From contig JBHGNT010000021.1 of assembly GCA_043228905.1 (NCBI GenBank), positions 8,990,001-9,054,000 on the forward strand: DNA of 64,000 bases, read 5' to 3'. The position numbers and the translations under genes were made by a program. Within the stretch, counting starts at the first letter, position 1, and each line of letters opens with the position of its first letter. Positions 13,498 through 27,500 of the stretch are shown here, in pieces. The notes beneath the pieces are model-generated. The model did no database searches. It saw nothing but the letters and a program-made list of their open reading frames with translations, and was not told the origin of the DNA. This stretch comes from Azolla caroliniana. Taxonomy: Eukaryota; Plantae; Polypodiophyta.

Positions 13498-14275
13498 ATG
13501 ACATTGTGGCTACAAATCATAAAGTGAATTGGTGTTATCTAAAATGCAGTCAAGAACATCAATACACTAGACTTTTTAACATACTTGGTAGTGAAAACTG
13601 TTTTGTATCTTATTCATGTAAACTAATCTATCTCATGCATGTTTGCAATTTTGCCCAAGTTGTCCAAGTGGATTACCCTTAAGGGCAAGAGTACAACATT
13701 TTTAAAGAATTGTTGCTTTTAAATGTCTGGTCATTGATGTTAATATAGTTAATCTTTTAATCCACTTGGTTTTGAAAATTGATAGTGATCTTATTTATCT
13801 TAAAGAAACTCTTTCACATGAAACGAATTGGCGAATTCTCTACGTTGTCCACGTGAAATTCCATTATGAGCAAAAATGAAAACTTCACAATGAATTGGTG
13901 TTAATCTTATTCATCTTTAAAGACTCGGTTTTGATTTTTATCTCAATTCACCTTAAATTTTGATTTTGAAATCCATTTGGAGAATTTTATTTTCATTGGG
14001 ATAAGTACAGATGGGGTAAAATGGGGCTTATTTCAGTTTTGTTGGAGATAGGGGCCGCATGAGTTTTTGTTGTTTTGTTACTAGTTCTGGAGTTGTATAT
14101 TTTGATCCCATTGTGTATTCGGGTTGAACTCCATTGTATTCTGTTTGCTAACTAATGCGAAGTAGTGTTTTTTGGGGAAAAATAAATTTTGATTGGCAAA
14201 TTCTCCAAATGAATTTCCTTTATGAGTAAAAGAGCAACATTTACATCACATAAAAAAATTATCACCATCTCATAG

Positions 14276-17200
14276 TGTTAAGACTTAGGTAAATAATTAA
14301 GCAAGGGTTAATTAGTACCTAATTATGTGATTAGTTGATAAGGAGAAGATTATGTGATATGTTGCGTGTATGTGTGGGAGAGGAAGAGAGAGAGAGAGAG
14401 ATACACTTATAAACAACACAAGATGGGGGATGAGTAACTATTTTAAATTAGCATTATGATCATCAAATTTAAAAATACCTACAATGAGGTATATATAGAT
14501 CTCATGTGCAAGGGTGCACATGTGTGAGGATAATATAGGTACAAAGGTGTAAGTCCTATATTAAATGTACTTAGGAGTGGAGGATCTAGAATATCCCACT
14601 TAAATACAAGGTCCTATTTAAGGCATTATAGTCAACACTTCTAACTAGATTCTATCTAGGTAACTACGAAGTTACATGGTTGACTAACTAACTAAACTAA
14701 GTTGAGCTTAATCTCTCAACATGCCCCCTCAAGCTCAAGAACGGGGCATCCGATGTCCACTTTGGCTTTCGATGTTTGGATCTTCGATTTGTTTAAATCG
14801 GCTTCGGCTTTGGATGGCCGGTATTGATTCTTTCAGCTTCGACGTTTTTGTGGCAGTTTCGGTTCCTCCCCCTCAAGCATGTGATGAAGGCTTATCGTGC
14901 GAAATTGGCCGACTGTTTTCACCCATCGTGGGTTACAAGCCACTTCTGTAGAGCTCTCGGGCTCTTGTTCGGCTGCTACCTTCATCACGAAGGCGTAATG
15001 ATGGGCCATATACTCGTTGTAGCCAAGCCGAGTGACGTGACTCTTCTCTCTAGAAGAGCGTCGAAGTTTTTTGCTCGCCGATGTGAGCACCTTCTTTACT
15101 CCGGGTGTACGCATGATGGGTACACCGAACTCATTGTCTAGTGATGGAGCCGATCCATCCGAATCATTGTCGTCGGGGTGGTCGACTTCGTATTCGGGCA
15201 TCTTACCTTTGCCTTTGTCCAAGTTCGTACTTGGCCGCGACGTGCTTGGGTCGTGTGGGGGCTCTTGTGGCCCACTAGGCTTTGCCCTAATCTGACTTTC
15301 TTCGAACATGTGTTTGAAGCGATCTCCATCTTTTACGTCTTGTTCGGCGAATTTCGGGTCGAGCGGAGTCAGACTCGAAGTTGTCTCTGGTGCATACCAG
15401 GATGCGGACTCGTCGAAGACTACGTCTCGATTTTCCCGAACCACTCGGGTAGAAGGGTTGTAACACTTGTATGCCTTCTTCTTGGACGAGTATCCTATGA
15501 GGATACATTCCTCCGACTTCGCGTTGAGCTTCTGTCGTTGTTCGTTTGGGATGCGTACATTCGCAATGCTTCCGAACACCTTGAGGTGCGACAGGATCTG
15601 GACATTTTTTAGCATATAGCTAATCAGGCTCTCACCTATATCCTCGACATTGGCTTTCATTGTGTGTCGGTGTGGCGTATACTTGTTGATTTGTTGGGTG
15701 TCCGTAGTTGCATCATGAATTGCCATGCTCCAAAATCTTGCCCTTTTTTGTTGCAAGTTCCCCATCTTTCGACATCTTTCTACCGATGCCTCACCATAAA
15801 TTGCCCAAGCTACCTTGTACATTTCAAGGTCATGAGATTCCTTCGCTGTTTTGCAATACTCATATGCAAAAGCTTTGGCAAATGAAACAGACAACTCGTT
15901 GTTGACCGGGATCTCTTGATGTACTTTCTGGTGCAGTCTCATGCAGTCGTCGTACAGGTTCGATCGTACATGCTTGAGCTTGACCTTGCCTTTCACTCTA
16001 GGCACTTTATATATTGACATCCAGTCTACATCACTAATCAATCAATCAGTTAGAACAGCAGGGTCAATACCCTCGAGTGACATACCATATATGTTGTGAA
16101 AGTCCTCCTTTGTCTTGCAAAATTTTGCCAAGTTCAGCACTCTAGGATAGGGAGGAACGAGCCACCTGAAATAGAAAATCAATAATTAGAATTAGTGCAA
16201 AAACAGAATTTTTAATCTAAATTTGGTGCAAAATTACAACACTTTGAGACAGTAATCTGCAATTTGTAATCTGTCCTTTTCAACATGTATCAAAAATCAG
16301 CCACTTAAAAAATCAGAAACCCTAATCAGAATTTGTCATGAGAATTGGTGCAAAATTTACAACACATTGCGACAGTAATCAGAAATTTGTAATTAGAAAT
16401 TTGTAACCAAAAACTTGTAATCTGAAATTTGTAATCTGAAACCCTAAACCACTTAAGGGAAACACAAACCCTAATCATCACTAAAGGCAAAAATCAACCG
16501 TAATACGAAATTCTGTCAATCAGAAACACACCTGCTGCTACACCTCGATCTTCAAGACATCCTTGTTTGGGACTCCAACGACTTCACCCTATTTGATTTT
16601 TGGGAAAGATGAATAGGCACCAAAGTGCTCCTCTTTGCCATTGGTCCTAAGACATTTGATTTTATGGCCTATCTCCTGTTCGGCAAGGCTCTTCACATTC
16701 AAGAAGCAGGAGAAGACTTCGCTTTTCTTCTCTATCGTGCATGCCCAGGTATGCCGAGTGAAATCATTGATGAAAGTCATAAAGTATCAGCTCCCACCGA
16801 GACTCACGTTTTGTGCCAGTTCTCATACATCCGAATGGATTAAATTAAGCTTGTTTTAGCTCCGATTTTTGTCATTTGGGAATGGAAAGTCGGTGATGCT
16901 TCCCTAATTGGCAGGCTTCACAGACATGACCCTTTCGGCCATTGAATTTCAGCAAGCTGAAAACAATGTTTTTCGTCTGCATCTCTCGATGCCGTGGGAA
17001 GTTGACGTGGCCGAACCGCTTGTGCCATAGGTCGATATCTGATTTGACCTTTTTCCCTTTCGCAAACATAGTGGTGCCTATGTTGTTGGTCTCGAGGATG
17101 AACATCCTCCCTTCTCGACACCCTTGTGCGATCGTCTTGCCTTCCTCTTCTATTAAGCACCCAAGATGAGTAAATCAAACTTGCATGCCTTGGTCGACCA

Positions 17201-18045
17201 TCTATCTGACTGACACCAGATTTTTGGTGATTGTCAGCATGTGCAAGACATTTCTCATGATTCCCTTCTGGCCGAAATGGCTAAGAGGGACATCTCCAAT
17301 GTGTTCAATGGGGTGAGGGGTGTCATCACCAGTTTTGACAATCCCCGACTGCTCCGGCTTTTTCAAAGTCGAGAACCACTCCTGGTGGTTCGTCATGTGG
17401 TTTGATGCACCCGAATCCACATACCACACCTCATTTGACCTTGAGGTGTTCACCACCATCGAGTTGGCTTTGTGCTTCATGACGAAGGTAGGGCCGGTTC
17501 TAGCTCGCCCTGAGCCTTCTACGTAGTGTGATCTCTAACGCCTATCTGTGTCTCCTCGGCTCAATCTGGCCTTGTCCGAATCTGCTCGTTTCTTCAAGCA
17601 TTCGCTCTCTCTATGGCCCTTCTTGCCACACTACCAGCAATCCGTTGCGGCATTCCCTTGCCGGCTCCAGGTGCTACCATGACTCCCCCTATTTGTGGAG
17701 TGTCCAGAACTGTTGTCAGCATTTCGATTATGCCACAAATTTTGCTCTTGTTGGCCACCTCCATTGCGTGCCGACCCGCCTCGTCCACCACGACCATGGG
17801 GTCTCTCTACGCGTTGTCGGCGTGCGTACTTGTCGACGCACCCACGTGGTTTTCTTCTACGAGCAACATTGATTGAAGCTCGAAAAACGACGACGTATTC
17901 TCCCTCGTGCAGACTGCCATTCGGAATGCTCCAAACTTAGATGCTAACCTTCCAAGGCAGACTTGCACCATTTCATCCTCCTCGAAGTTCATGTTGATGG
18001 AGGCGAGAGTGTCACAAATCTCCTTGATCTGGGCTATATAATTGG
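14276..18045 (-). mobile_element. internally deleted Ty1/copia element (gag, protease, partial integrase, RT deleted, 3' LTR 14276-14721)
   Basis: WYVDSGASNHMT, WHKRFGH, FINDFTRHTW, HLKVFGS, YKCYNP motifs; jumps from EPES..NPRWV directly to the RNase H tail; PPT complement (TGCCCCCTCAAG) at 14722 next to the LTR end TCAACA. Confidence 0.85.
15598..16620 (-). pseudogene. foreign intron-containing gene fragment replacing part of the copia integrase
   Basis: ATG at 16560, GT-AG intron 16166-16531, exon reading WLVPPYPRVLNLAKFCK...KVAWAIYGE; non-copia sequence fused in frame to HLKVFGS. Confidence 0.55.
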
Positions 18046-18675
18046 TGTTGTTGGGTGGGGGGTGGAGCCAAGAAGAGGTTCATCCTTACACATGATTTTT
18101 AATACAATGAATTCACACTTATCTATCCACTTACCAACACACTTGTACTCTCATACACTTTCAAATCCCACCGATAACACATATGGCACGCCCGTGGGAC
18201 AACGCCTTGCACGGGTGAACCCACATGCCTTCAATAAACATGAACATCGGTCTTTGGACCGGAACTCCCTCAGTCTTCTCCTATTGCGTTGGTCGGAACT
18301 CCATCGACCCGGAACACGCGTAACACAAACACAAACTGAACGGCACGAACCTCTCGTTTAGTCAGAACATCCGTGAACATAGAACTGTGGTACTCTCTTT
18401 TTCAGTCTTGAAATGATATTGTGTGTATGTGTGTGTGTGTGTGTGTGTGTTTTCTTTTTGGTGTGAGTTGTGAGTTTACAAAATTTTAAGATCTGCCCTC
18501 ACGTTTTTGAAATGCCACTGTACGACCGCTATCTGGCCATCACTCGACCATTGTCTGGCGACTCGACCGGCCACTGTTCGGCTGTTTTCCGGCCGCTGTT
18601 CGGCTACTAGTCGACCGCTATCTGTTCATTGTTCTGGCCGTCTCTTGCGAAATTCATGTCATCTTGTCTCAGGTT

Positions 18676-21600
18676 TGTTGGAGAAGAAGGATGGAGGCGG
18701 ACGAGCAACTGTTTTTCCTTACCTGCAGAGAAAATGTCGAACAACACACAGATAGAGAAAAATACACAAACAACTTTTTGGGGGCACAAGAAACCCTCAT
18801 TTCTATTAGTTTTTATACCTATGCGTAAATAGTAAGAAATAACATATTTGGCCTTTTCTTACTGTCAATCTCCCACTAAAAGGCCAAACTAGGGATCAGC
18901 AAAGCTGATGGGAAGATTGAACAAGACCTACACATCCTACTTGATGAGTATGTTACACAATGTGTAACCTCATGACCTAAGTAATCCCCATCAAGTGGCA
19001 GCAATGCTCTAGTGCTTCATGCGGTAGAGCTTTGGTCAATGCATCTGCAACATTTTCTTGAGAAACAACTTTCTCAAGATTGATGTAGCCAGCAGCTATG
19101 CATTCTCGAATGAAGTGATATCTCACTCCAATGTGCTTGGTCTTTGCATGGTATACTAGGTTTTTAGCCAATGCAATGGCACTCTGACTATCACAAAACA
19201 GTATGGGTACAAGCTTAGATATGCCCATGTCACAAGCTAATCTGGACAACCATACGGTTTCCTTACAACCTTCGCTAGCTGCGACATACTCTACTTCTAT
19301 AGTGGACAGAGCAGTACATTTTTGGAGACGAGATCTCCAATATATCGCACCTCCCATAAACTGAAAAATGTATCCTGAAGTGGATTTTCTGCTGTCAGAA
19401 CAGCCAGCATAATCAGAGTCTGTATATCCAATGATGGATACATTTCCACCACCTAAACATAGACACCTATTCTTAGTGCCACATAGATATCTTAAAATCA
19501 GTTTAATTGCCTCCCAATGTTTATTACCAGGATTTGACATAAATCTGCTCACAGCTCCCACTGCGAAAGCAATGTCTGGCCTGGTCGCTATCATAACGTA
19601 CATAAGACTCCCGACTGCGGATTGATAAGGAACCGTGGACATAGATTTCTTGTCTTCATCAGATGTGGGGCAATCACATGTGCTCAGTTTTACATATGTA
19701 GGCAAAGGAGTGCTCAACGGCTTTGCATTCTCCATATTAAACCTCTTTAGCACTTTCGATATGTACTCAGCTTGAGACAAGTAAATGCATCGCTTACTCC
19801 TATCACGAGTGATACGCATACCAAAAATATGTTTTGCATCTCCCAAATCCTTCATGTCAAAATTCTGGCCCAAGTTTTTCTTTAACGAGGATAACTCATC
19901 CTTGTTTTTACCAACAATAAGCATGTCATCAACATATAATATCAAGGTGATAAAACTCCCATCTGAATAGTTTTTTGTATAAAGACATGCATCCTCATTG
20001 CTTCTAATATATCCTTGAGTCTTCATAAAAGCATCAAATTTCTGATACCATAACCTCGGGGACTGCTTAAGCCCATACAAACTCTTCTTGCGTTTACATA
20101 CCAAATGTTCTTTTCCCGATACTTCATGACCTTCTGGTTGTTCCATATAAATATCCTCATCAAGGTCCCCATGCAAGAAGGCAGTCTTCACATCCATTTG
20201 GACAAGTTCCAAATTCTGATTTGCAGCCAATGAAAGCAACATACGTAATGTAATCATCTTAACTACAGGAGAAAAGGTTTCATCAAAATCAATTCCATAT
20301 TCTTGTTTGAAACCTTTGGCAACCAAGCGTGCTTTATACTTTGGGGAAGCACTATCAGATGTATACTTATACTTGTATACCCATTTGCATGGCAATGCTT
20401 TCCTGTCCTTTGGCAAAGGTACTAAATCCCAAGTACCATTTTTATAAATGCTGTCCAATTCATTTTGCATGGCTTGTTTCCATTTAGTATGGTCATGAAC
20501 AAATATGGCTTCATTGTAACATGAAGGCTCACCGGCATCTGTTAGCATTACATAATCAACAAACTTACTAGGTGCCTTGGAGACACGCGTAGATCTCCTC
20601 AATGATTCCTGAACCTGAATACCATCAGGTTGTGCATGAGAAACATCATTCTGAGCATAAACATCATCTTGCACATTATTGTGCTGAGCATCATCATTTT
20701 GGGCATTTTCATCCTGACCAATAACAGGTTTTTGTGATTGCCCACATGTAGAAGCATCTACATCAGTGAGATTTTTCTATTTTACATAAACAAAAGGCGT
20801 ACTATCTTTAAATGCAACCTTCCTCACTTCTACCTCCTTTACGGTCTGTTTATGCATTTTGTTCTCATCAAAAACAACATCACTACTTCTGACCACAGTA
20901 CGTGTGTCAGGATCCCATAAGCGATATCCAAACTGCCCATCAATTCTGTAACCAAGAAATATACATTTTCTGCATTTATTGTCTAATTTCTTTCTTAAGG
21001 TTTTTGGAATGTGTACATATGCTTCGCATCCAAAAACTCTAAGATGAGCATTATGAGGTGTCTTGCCTGTCCACAACTCTTGTGCCACTTTTAAACCTAT
21101 GGTTGTGTTCGGTGATAGGTTAATCACATGGACTGTGCCCAAAAACCTTGCGAGAGGTTTGCATGGTGTAGCATAGAGACAACTCTGTCCAGGATGGTTC
21201 TGTTCATCCTCTCAGCCACACCATTTTGGACAGGGGTGTAAGGAGCTGTAAACTCTCTCGAATGCCTCTAGACTTGCAAAAGTCATCAAATTCATGAGAG
21301 GTATACTCACCTCGATTGTCTGAACGTAAGGCCTTGAGCTTTATGTCCTTTTCCAGCTCAACCGAACTAAGCCATTTTCTGAAAGTGGGGTATACATCAT
21401 CCTTTCCCTTAATTGGATAAGCCCAAACTTTCCTAGTGGCATCATCAATGAAAGTAACAAAATATAGTGCACCGCCCAAAGATCTTGTGGGCATAGGTCC
21501 ACAAACATCCGTGTGGACAAGATCCAATGGTTTAGTGGATGAGTTAACACTGGTCTTATGTGCACTTCTAGTTTGCTTACCATGTTGACAATGTTCACAT

Positions 21601-23634
21601 AAAGCAAAATCAGAGAATGACAACTTAGGTAAGTGGCCATAACGAGATAGGATTTCCATGCCATTTCTTGACATGTGGCCTAAACGACCATGCCAAATGC
21701 TCGTCATTGGCTGTTCTGTGACAGCCAACAAGTGTTCCTTTTGATGAACAAATAAAGGGTAGAGGGAACCAACTTTGTTCCCTTTTGCAACAATCATATT
21801 TCCTTTCGTTATACGAAAGGATTGAGAAGCAAACATCACCTTATATCCGTTGTCATCAAGCTGACCAACGGAAATCAAACTACGAGTTAGTTGAGGAACG
21901 TGGCGTACATCTTTAATGGTCAGATGAGAACCATCACTAAAATGCATTGAGATATTTCCAATGCCAATCACATCACATTGATGTGAGTCTCCAAGTCGAA
22001 CTTTCCCAAGCGACTTGGCTTCATAACATGTGAACCACTCTCTATGTGGAGTCACATGAAACGATGCACCGGAGTCCAACAACCACGTATGTGATGGGGA
22101 AAAGACCGTGTTCACCCCAGCATGTGTGCTAACATCATCTAGGACCAAGATGTCCATCTCATCACATGTTGCATTTACTTCCTCCGTTTCCAACGAGGAA
22201 GAGGGACCACTAGATTGTCTACCATGTCCTCTAACATTATCTTTCTCCTTATTTTTAAGGGCATAACAGTCTTTCTTAAGGTGTCCCTTTTTATGACAGT
22301 AATAACACTCCATATTTTTCTTCCTAGATTTGCTTCTACCTCTATCATTTCCACTACTATTTCTTGTTTGGCTCCTACCACGGTGTTGGTTCTTGCGAGG
22401 ACCAACATCAGAAACATTATATGCATCTCCATTGTGTGATGCAATCACATATTTTCTACAAATTTCTTCACCCAAAAGAGCTCCACATATGTCATTATAG
22501 ACTAATTTCCCATTTGGTGCACTAGCACTAATAGCGGTGCAAAAAGTGTTCCATGAGCTAGGCAAAGTGCATAACAAAAATACACTTTTCAGCTCATCAT
22601 CAAAAATCATTTTTTGAGCCAGTAATTGTGACCATAATGCATCAAAATCATTCAAATGAGAGGCGACACTGTCATTGTCCTTCATTCGAAGATCATAAAG
22701 TTTTCTCATTAGATAAACTTTGTTTGATGTAGTCTCTTTTTTGTATGTATTGGATAGTTTAGTCCATAGCTTTTCAGCTGAGTCACAGTCCAAGACCGTG
22801 AAATACACGTTGTCAGCTAGGTGCAATCTTATGGTAGACATTGCCAAGAGATCGAGCTCTTCCCAATCGTCCTTGGTCATGCCCTCGGGTCTCTTGACTT
22901 CACCACTTATAGCTCTTAATTGCCTTCTTTGAATCAGGACATCTCTCATCTGATTCTTCCACAAGGCAAAGTTGGATCCGTCAAATTTACGGATCTGAAG
23001 GTGGTCTTTTCCACTCATAGATTGATTTCTATGGGAATTAAAGGATGTGTTCTAGGGTAGGTATGTGTGTTCGACTGAGGACAACACCTCACTCTTATAT
23101 CAGCCAAGATAGATGGAATGTAGCTGAGACGTAACTTCCAACGTCACAATCTCACATCAAGTGAGCAAGCATCGGAAAAACCAAATACAAGTTTTTATGT
23201 GTAAATCCTCTCTTCTGTATACTAGAAACAATGAGTCCTCTCTGTTTCTACCTTTCACCAAAGGTCTATTTTTCTTTTCCCAAAAAAAAATTGGCACGAA
23301 GAATGTTCATACAAAAAACGTGTACTAGATATTACCTTTGTCGAGGTTCTAGAAAAATAACATGCGCAGAGGGGGAAAAATAGAGAAATCGGATGCTTTC
23401 TGCCACATGCAGTCTTCACGAATCCCTGTGCTCTGATACCACTGTTGGAGAAGAAGGATGGAGGCGGACGAGCTGCTATTTTTCCTTACCTGCAGAGAAA
23501 ATGTCGAACAGCACACAGACAGAGAAAAATACACAAACAACTTTTTGGGGGCACAAGAAACCCTCATTTCTATTAGTTTTTATACCTATGCGTAAATAGT
23601 AAGAAATAACATATTTGGCCTTTTCTTACTATCA
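18676..23634 (-). mobile_element. full-length Ty1/copia retrotransposon (4959 bp) with 192-bp LTRs
   Basis: LTRs 18676-18867 and 23443-23634 (about 6 differences); PBS TGGTATCAGAGC (initiator tRNA-Met) at 23430-23441; PPT AGTGGGAGAT; TSD AGGTT/AGGTC. Confidence 0.95.
18977..23018 (-). pseudogene. copia gag-pol polyprotein with two frameshifts (near 21150 and 21260) and one stop (20777)
   Basis: CYYCHKKGHLKKDC knuckle, WLLDSGAS protease, VHTDVCGP/RSDN integrase, MDVKTAFLHG and LYVDDM RT, GYTDSDYAG and ADALTK RNase H. Confidence 0.93.
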
Positions 23635-24556
23635 AGGTCTCCCACAGTTTCCATGGGAGCTCAGTCTCGGACCTCCACATGAAGGTTTCTCAACAAAGCA
23701 TTCAATCTTGCTTTTGCTTCTGTCTCCATCGCTCAAAACGGCTAGGCATGTTCCATCACCACTTAATCTCCTCAATCATGGATATTTTGAGGATTGTGGT
23801 GTTCAAAATTTTGAGTGTTAGGACTAGGATTATGAAGAGATTCTGATTGCTAGAGTCACAAAAGAGGATGAAGAGATTCAAGGGCAAGTCCAACTGCAAG
23901 GTGAGAAGATGGAAGATGTGGTAGAAGAAGAGTTAGTCCAGAATGTGTAGAGAAATGAGATTATTAACAAAGACAAAAGTGTTGTGGAAGAAATTGCTAT
24001 CATAAAATCGGAAGAAATCGAGACTAATGTATCTGATGATACATAGACTTCTGGTGATGTGAAGGTGGAGGAAGTAAAGGACATTGGAATCGAGGCCGTT
24101 ATTGAGGAGGTCAAGGATGTAGAGTTAGAAATAGTCATGAATGAGGAATAAAACAAGATATCAGAAGATATAACGATCACTTGTGATGAAGTTCTTGAGG
24201 AAGATGATGAAATGAAAGAGGGTAATATAAAGGAGAATTTTACTATTGTTACTACTAGTACTATTGTTATTGAAGATATACAAATATCATCAAGAACCAC
24301 AAAGGCATAAGAGATTGTGTTAGTGAGCATCGATGAAGTTGAAGTATACTCCATAGATGGGCCATCTTCCTTTTTTTGTACTCCTTGTCGTTTTCTTCGT
24401 TGTTGTCATGTTCATGTCCACCATCATCATTATCATTATTTTGCACACATCATTGTCGCCATTTCTCGCACTCTCCGCCACGTGTAGTTCCTCGACTTCT
24501 TCTCAAAGGGGGTCGGTTGTGGGGCGTGCCAAGTGTTGTTGGGTGGGGGGTGGAGC

Positions 24557-27500
24557 TCACTGAGGACCTTTGCGCCGAATCGGATCGGGAACCGAATGCC
24601 GCCCTGGTCTTCTTGGTTGACGACCCATCCGATCCCGGTCGGACTCGTATCCACTGTTATGTATACCGGGGTACCCTTCCCGTAGACAGCCTTCCGGAGC
24701 GCCGGTGCTGCCGCAAGAGCTTCCTTCAGCTTCCGACCGACTCCGTGTGCTCGTCTCGCCACTCGAATTTTCGCCCTTTCTTCAGCAACCCGTATAGAGG
24801 CTCCGCAATGTGGGCGTAATGCGGGATCCATATGTGGTAGAACGCGCATGCCCCCAGGAACCTCCGAACTTCCGTAACCGAGCTACAGTCGGTCTTCATC
24901 GCGGAGATGGCTTCTACCTTTGCCGGCGACGGCTTCCGGCCATATGGTCCGCACAGGTGTCCGACCACCAGGATTTCTGATTGCCCGAAGGCCGATTTCT
25001 CCCCAGAGAAGGTGAGCCTCGCATCCTCTAGCCTTTGTAGCACCTTCTCGCAGTCGTCGATGTGTGTTGCCACGAACCGCCGGCATCCATCCGGCCCGAC
25101 TGTCTCGTCCTTCTCTTCCACCTGGCACCCTTTGATAGGGATGTCGTCTAGAAACGGCATGGTGATGTCCGGGATGCAATCCCTCAGTACCTGGTTCATT
25201 GCATTCACCATGTGGGCCACCGAGTTGGTCCCTCCTTGCGGCAGGGTACACATTCACACTAGGCTGAGGGGAGTTCGCATCGTCGTAATGTCTCTGCTCT
25301 CCACGGCTAGCTGGAACTGGTCGTACCCCAAGTATAGATCACCGACCGAGTAAATCGACCTTCTGGTGAAGGCCTCCGCGAACTCGTCTATGGTCGGTCC
25401 GATTCCTGCGTTCCGAATGGTCACTCTGTTGACCGGCTGCAGGTCTTGAATGAAGCGCAACGTTCCGTTTTTCTTCGGTACGGTAAACCATCGGTTCGAG
25501 TATGGGGCACTCGACGGTTCGAGAATGCCCATATCGACTTTCTACCCCAGTAGCTCCATCAACTCCGGGATGTGAGCTCTTGGTACCGGAATCGGCTTGA
25601 GATTCCACGGCACATGCGATACCGTGAATATCACCATCGGCTCCACGATTGTCGGGTCTACGCACCCGATCTCTTCCGGCGAAAATGCGAAGGCTTTCCC
25701 GTGCCTTCCGAGCATTCTCCGAAACCGGTCTTCCTCCGCCGGCAGTAGGAACCCGCCCCCACCGATCTTGAGCTCCCGGAGCGTTCCGTCGGTGAAGGTG
25801 TGTCCTATGCAGGCCGGATCTCGTAAACTGGGGTCCGACGCAACCCCTCTGATTCGGGACTTGCTGCCCTCCGGTAAGGGTGCTGCAACTGGCCTTACCT
25901 TCCGGTCCACGGTTTTGTACTTCGTGCTAACTCCGTCCGATCCAACCCGAGCCCCCGACTGAAGTTCACGATGACTTCGTACATCTCTTCGGAACATACC
26001 GGTATCATCCGGTCTTCGTTAAGGTCTTCTCTGGCTACCTTCCTCAGCATTCCCAAGGTGTCGTCGAAGGAGACCACCTCCATGGCTCCGCTGATTTCCT
26101 CGTTCGGGCCGAGAACTCCGCACGCTCGAAGTCGCACTTCCACCCTTGCCTTTTCTCGGCCAATGATGCCGACTAACATACACCCTCCGTCGCCGGAGAA
26201 GTAAAATCCCTTTCTTATCGTACAGGGTTTCTTCGGTTTCGGTTCTATTGTACAGCTGTGGGGTCTTTCCCGAGTGTCCGGACTGTCTCGGCCCCACGCC
26301 TTGGCAGCCCTCTCTAAAATTCCTCTCGGTTCTCGCCACTGAGGGATTCGCGGTTTCGCTCGTGGTTCGGCTGCACCGTCAAAAATTGGACCGAATGGCG
26401 CCCGTCCTGGCTTTTGACCCTCGCGTAGGCCGAACCGTTGTCCAACACCTTGGTCTCCATTCGCGCCGCCATGATGTATGGTTCCCCTAATATGACCGGG
26501 TGCGAGGATGTCTCCTGTACGAAGAAGTGTTGGTCAATCTCGACGTCGCCGATCCTGACTCGCACGTTCGGGCAGGCCCCGTGCAGTTCCTCGGTGGCGC
26601 GCATCGCCGCCCGTATCTTCCACCCGTGCTTGGTGTTGATCGGCCACTTCCCCTTCTTATAGAAGTCCATGGACATCAGGTTTATTTCCGAACCGTGGTC
26701 CACCAGTGCCACCAATGGTTCCTGAACCTCTCCGATCTTTACCGGGGTCTCCGTGGTCGCTCGGGCCCAGTGCGGCCTCAAATAGTGGCTCTCCGCCCAC
26801 TCGTCTCCTATCGCCATGTCGTCGATGTGCGTCGTCCGCATCTCCACTGGTCTTTCCGGTTCCATCTCCGTCGACAGCCTCTTCCGTTTCACCAGGTCCA
26901 CAATGGAGTCGTGGAATTCCTTCTTGGCGATCTCTAGCACCTCTCGCAATGACAACTCCACTTTGCTGTCGAGGATCCATTCCTCTAGGACCTTCCGTAG
27001 GTCCGTAGTCCTTTCTATTTCCGTCCCCAGTCGGTATTCGCCCTTCCTGGGGTTATCTTGCGAGCTGGACCCGCCGGCATCGTTCTGTCGTTGCCCGAAT
27101 CGGGTCTCGTACCGTTGTGAAGGCCCGACCGCTCCGGCTTTCCCCACTCGTTTGTATTCAACCAGAGCCTCGTAGTTCTAGCAGGCGGCTTCTACGAAGC
27201 CCGTCTTCTCCTCGACCGGATCGCTCCACCCGGTTATTTCCCGGACCCGTCTCTCAGCGCGGTCCGTTTCATCTTTCTTCAGCCGTGCGCCGGCAAGGCC
27301 TTCCAGCATTGCCGACCAGAATCCATCTTTGCCCTCCTTTCGGGCCTCGTTGCCCCCGACCCGAATGCCGGCCGACGCCGAGTAGTGGATGGCCTCCATG
27401 TGTCGGGCCGCTGCCTCTTCCATCAGTCTCTTCATACCTCCTCGCCCGTCGTTTCGGTTTAGGGCCCTTCTGGTATCGCCGGCATGCACCCGGCCTTCCC

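Larger units (their letters stand above)
18046..24556 (+). mobile_element. probable non-autonomous LTR element hosting the copia at 18676-23634; second LTR truncated
   Basis: TGTTGTTGGGTGGGGGGTGGAGC at 18046 and again at 24534, the latter preceded by a purine-rich GGGGCGTGCCAAG tract; interior is degenerate with an acidic low-complexity stretch. Confidence 0.5.

Noticed and set aside
23878-24354. 158-aa Ser/Thr/Ile-rich minus-strand ORF
   Set aside because: Antisense shadow of a purine-rich low-complexity tract; no recognisable domain.
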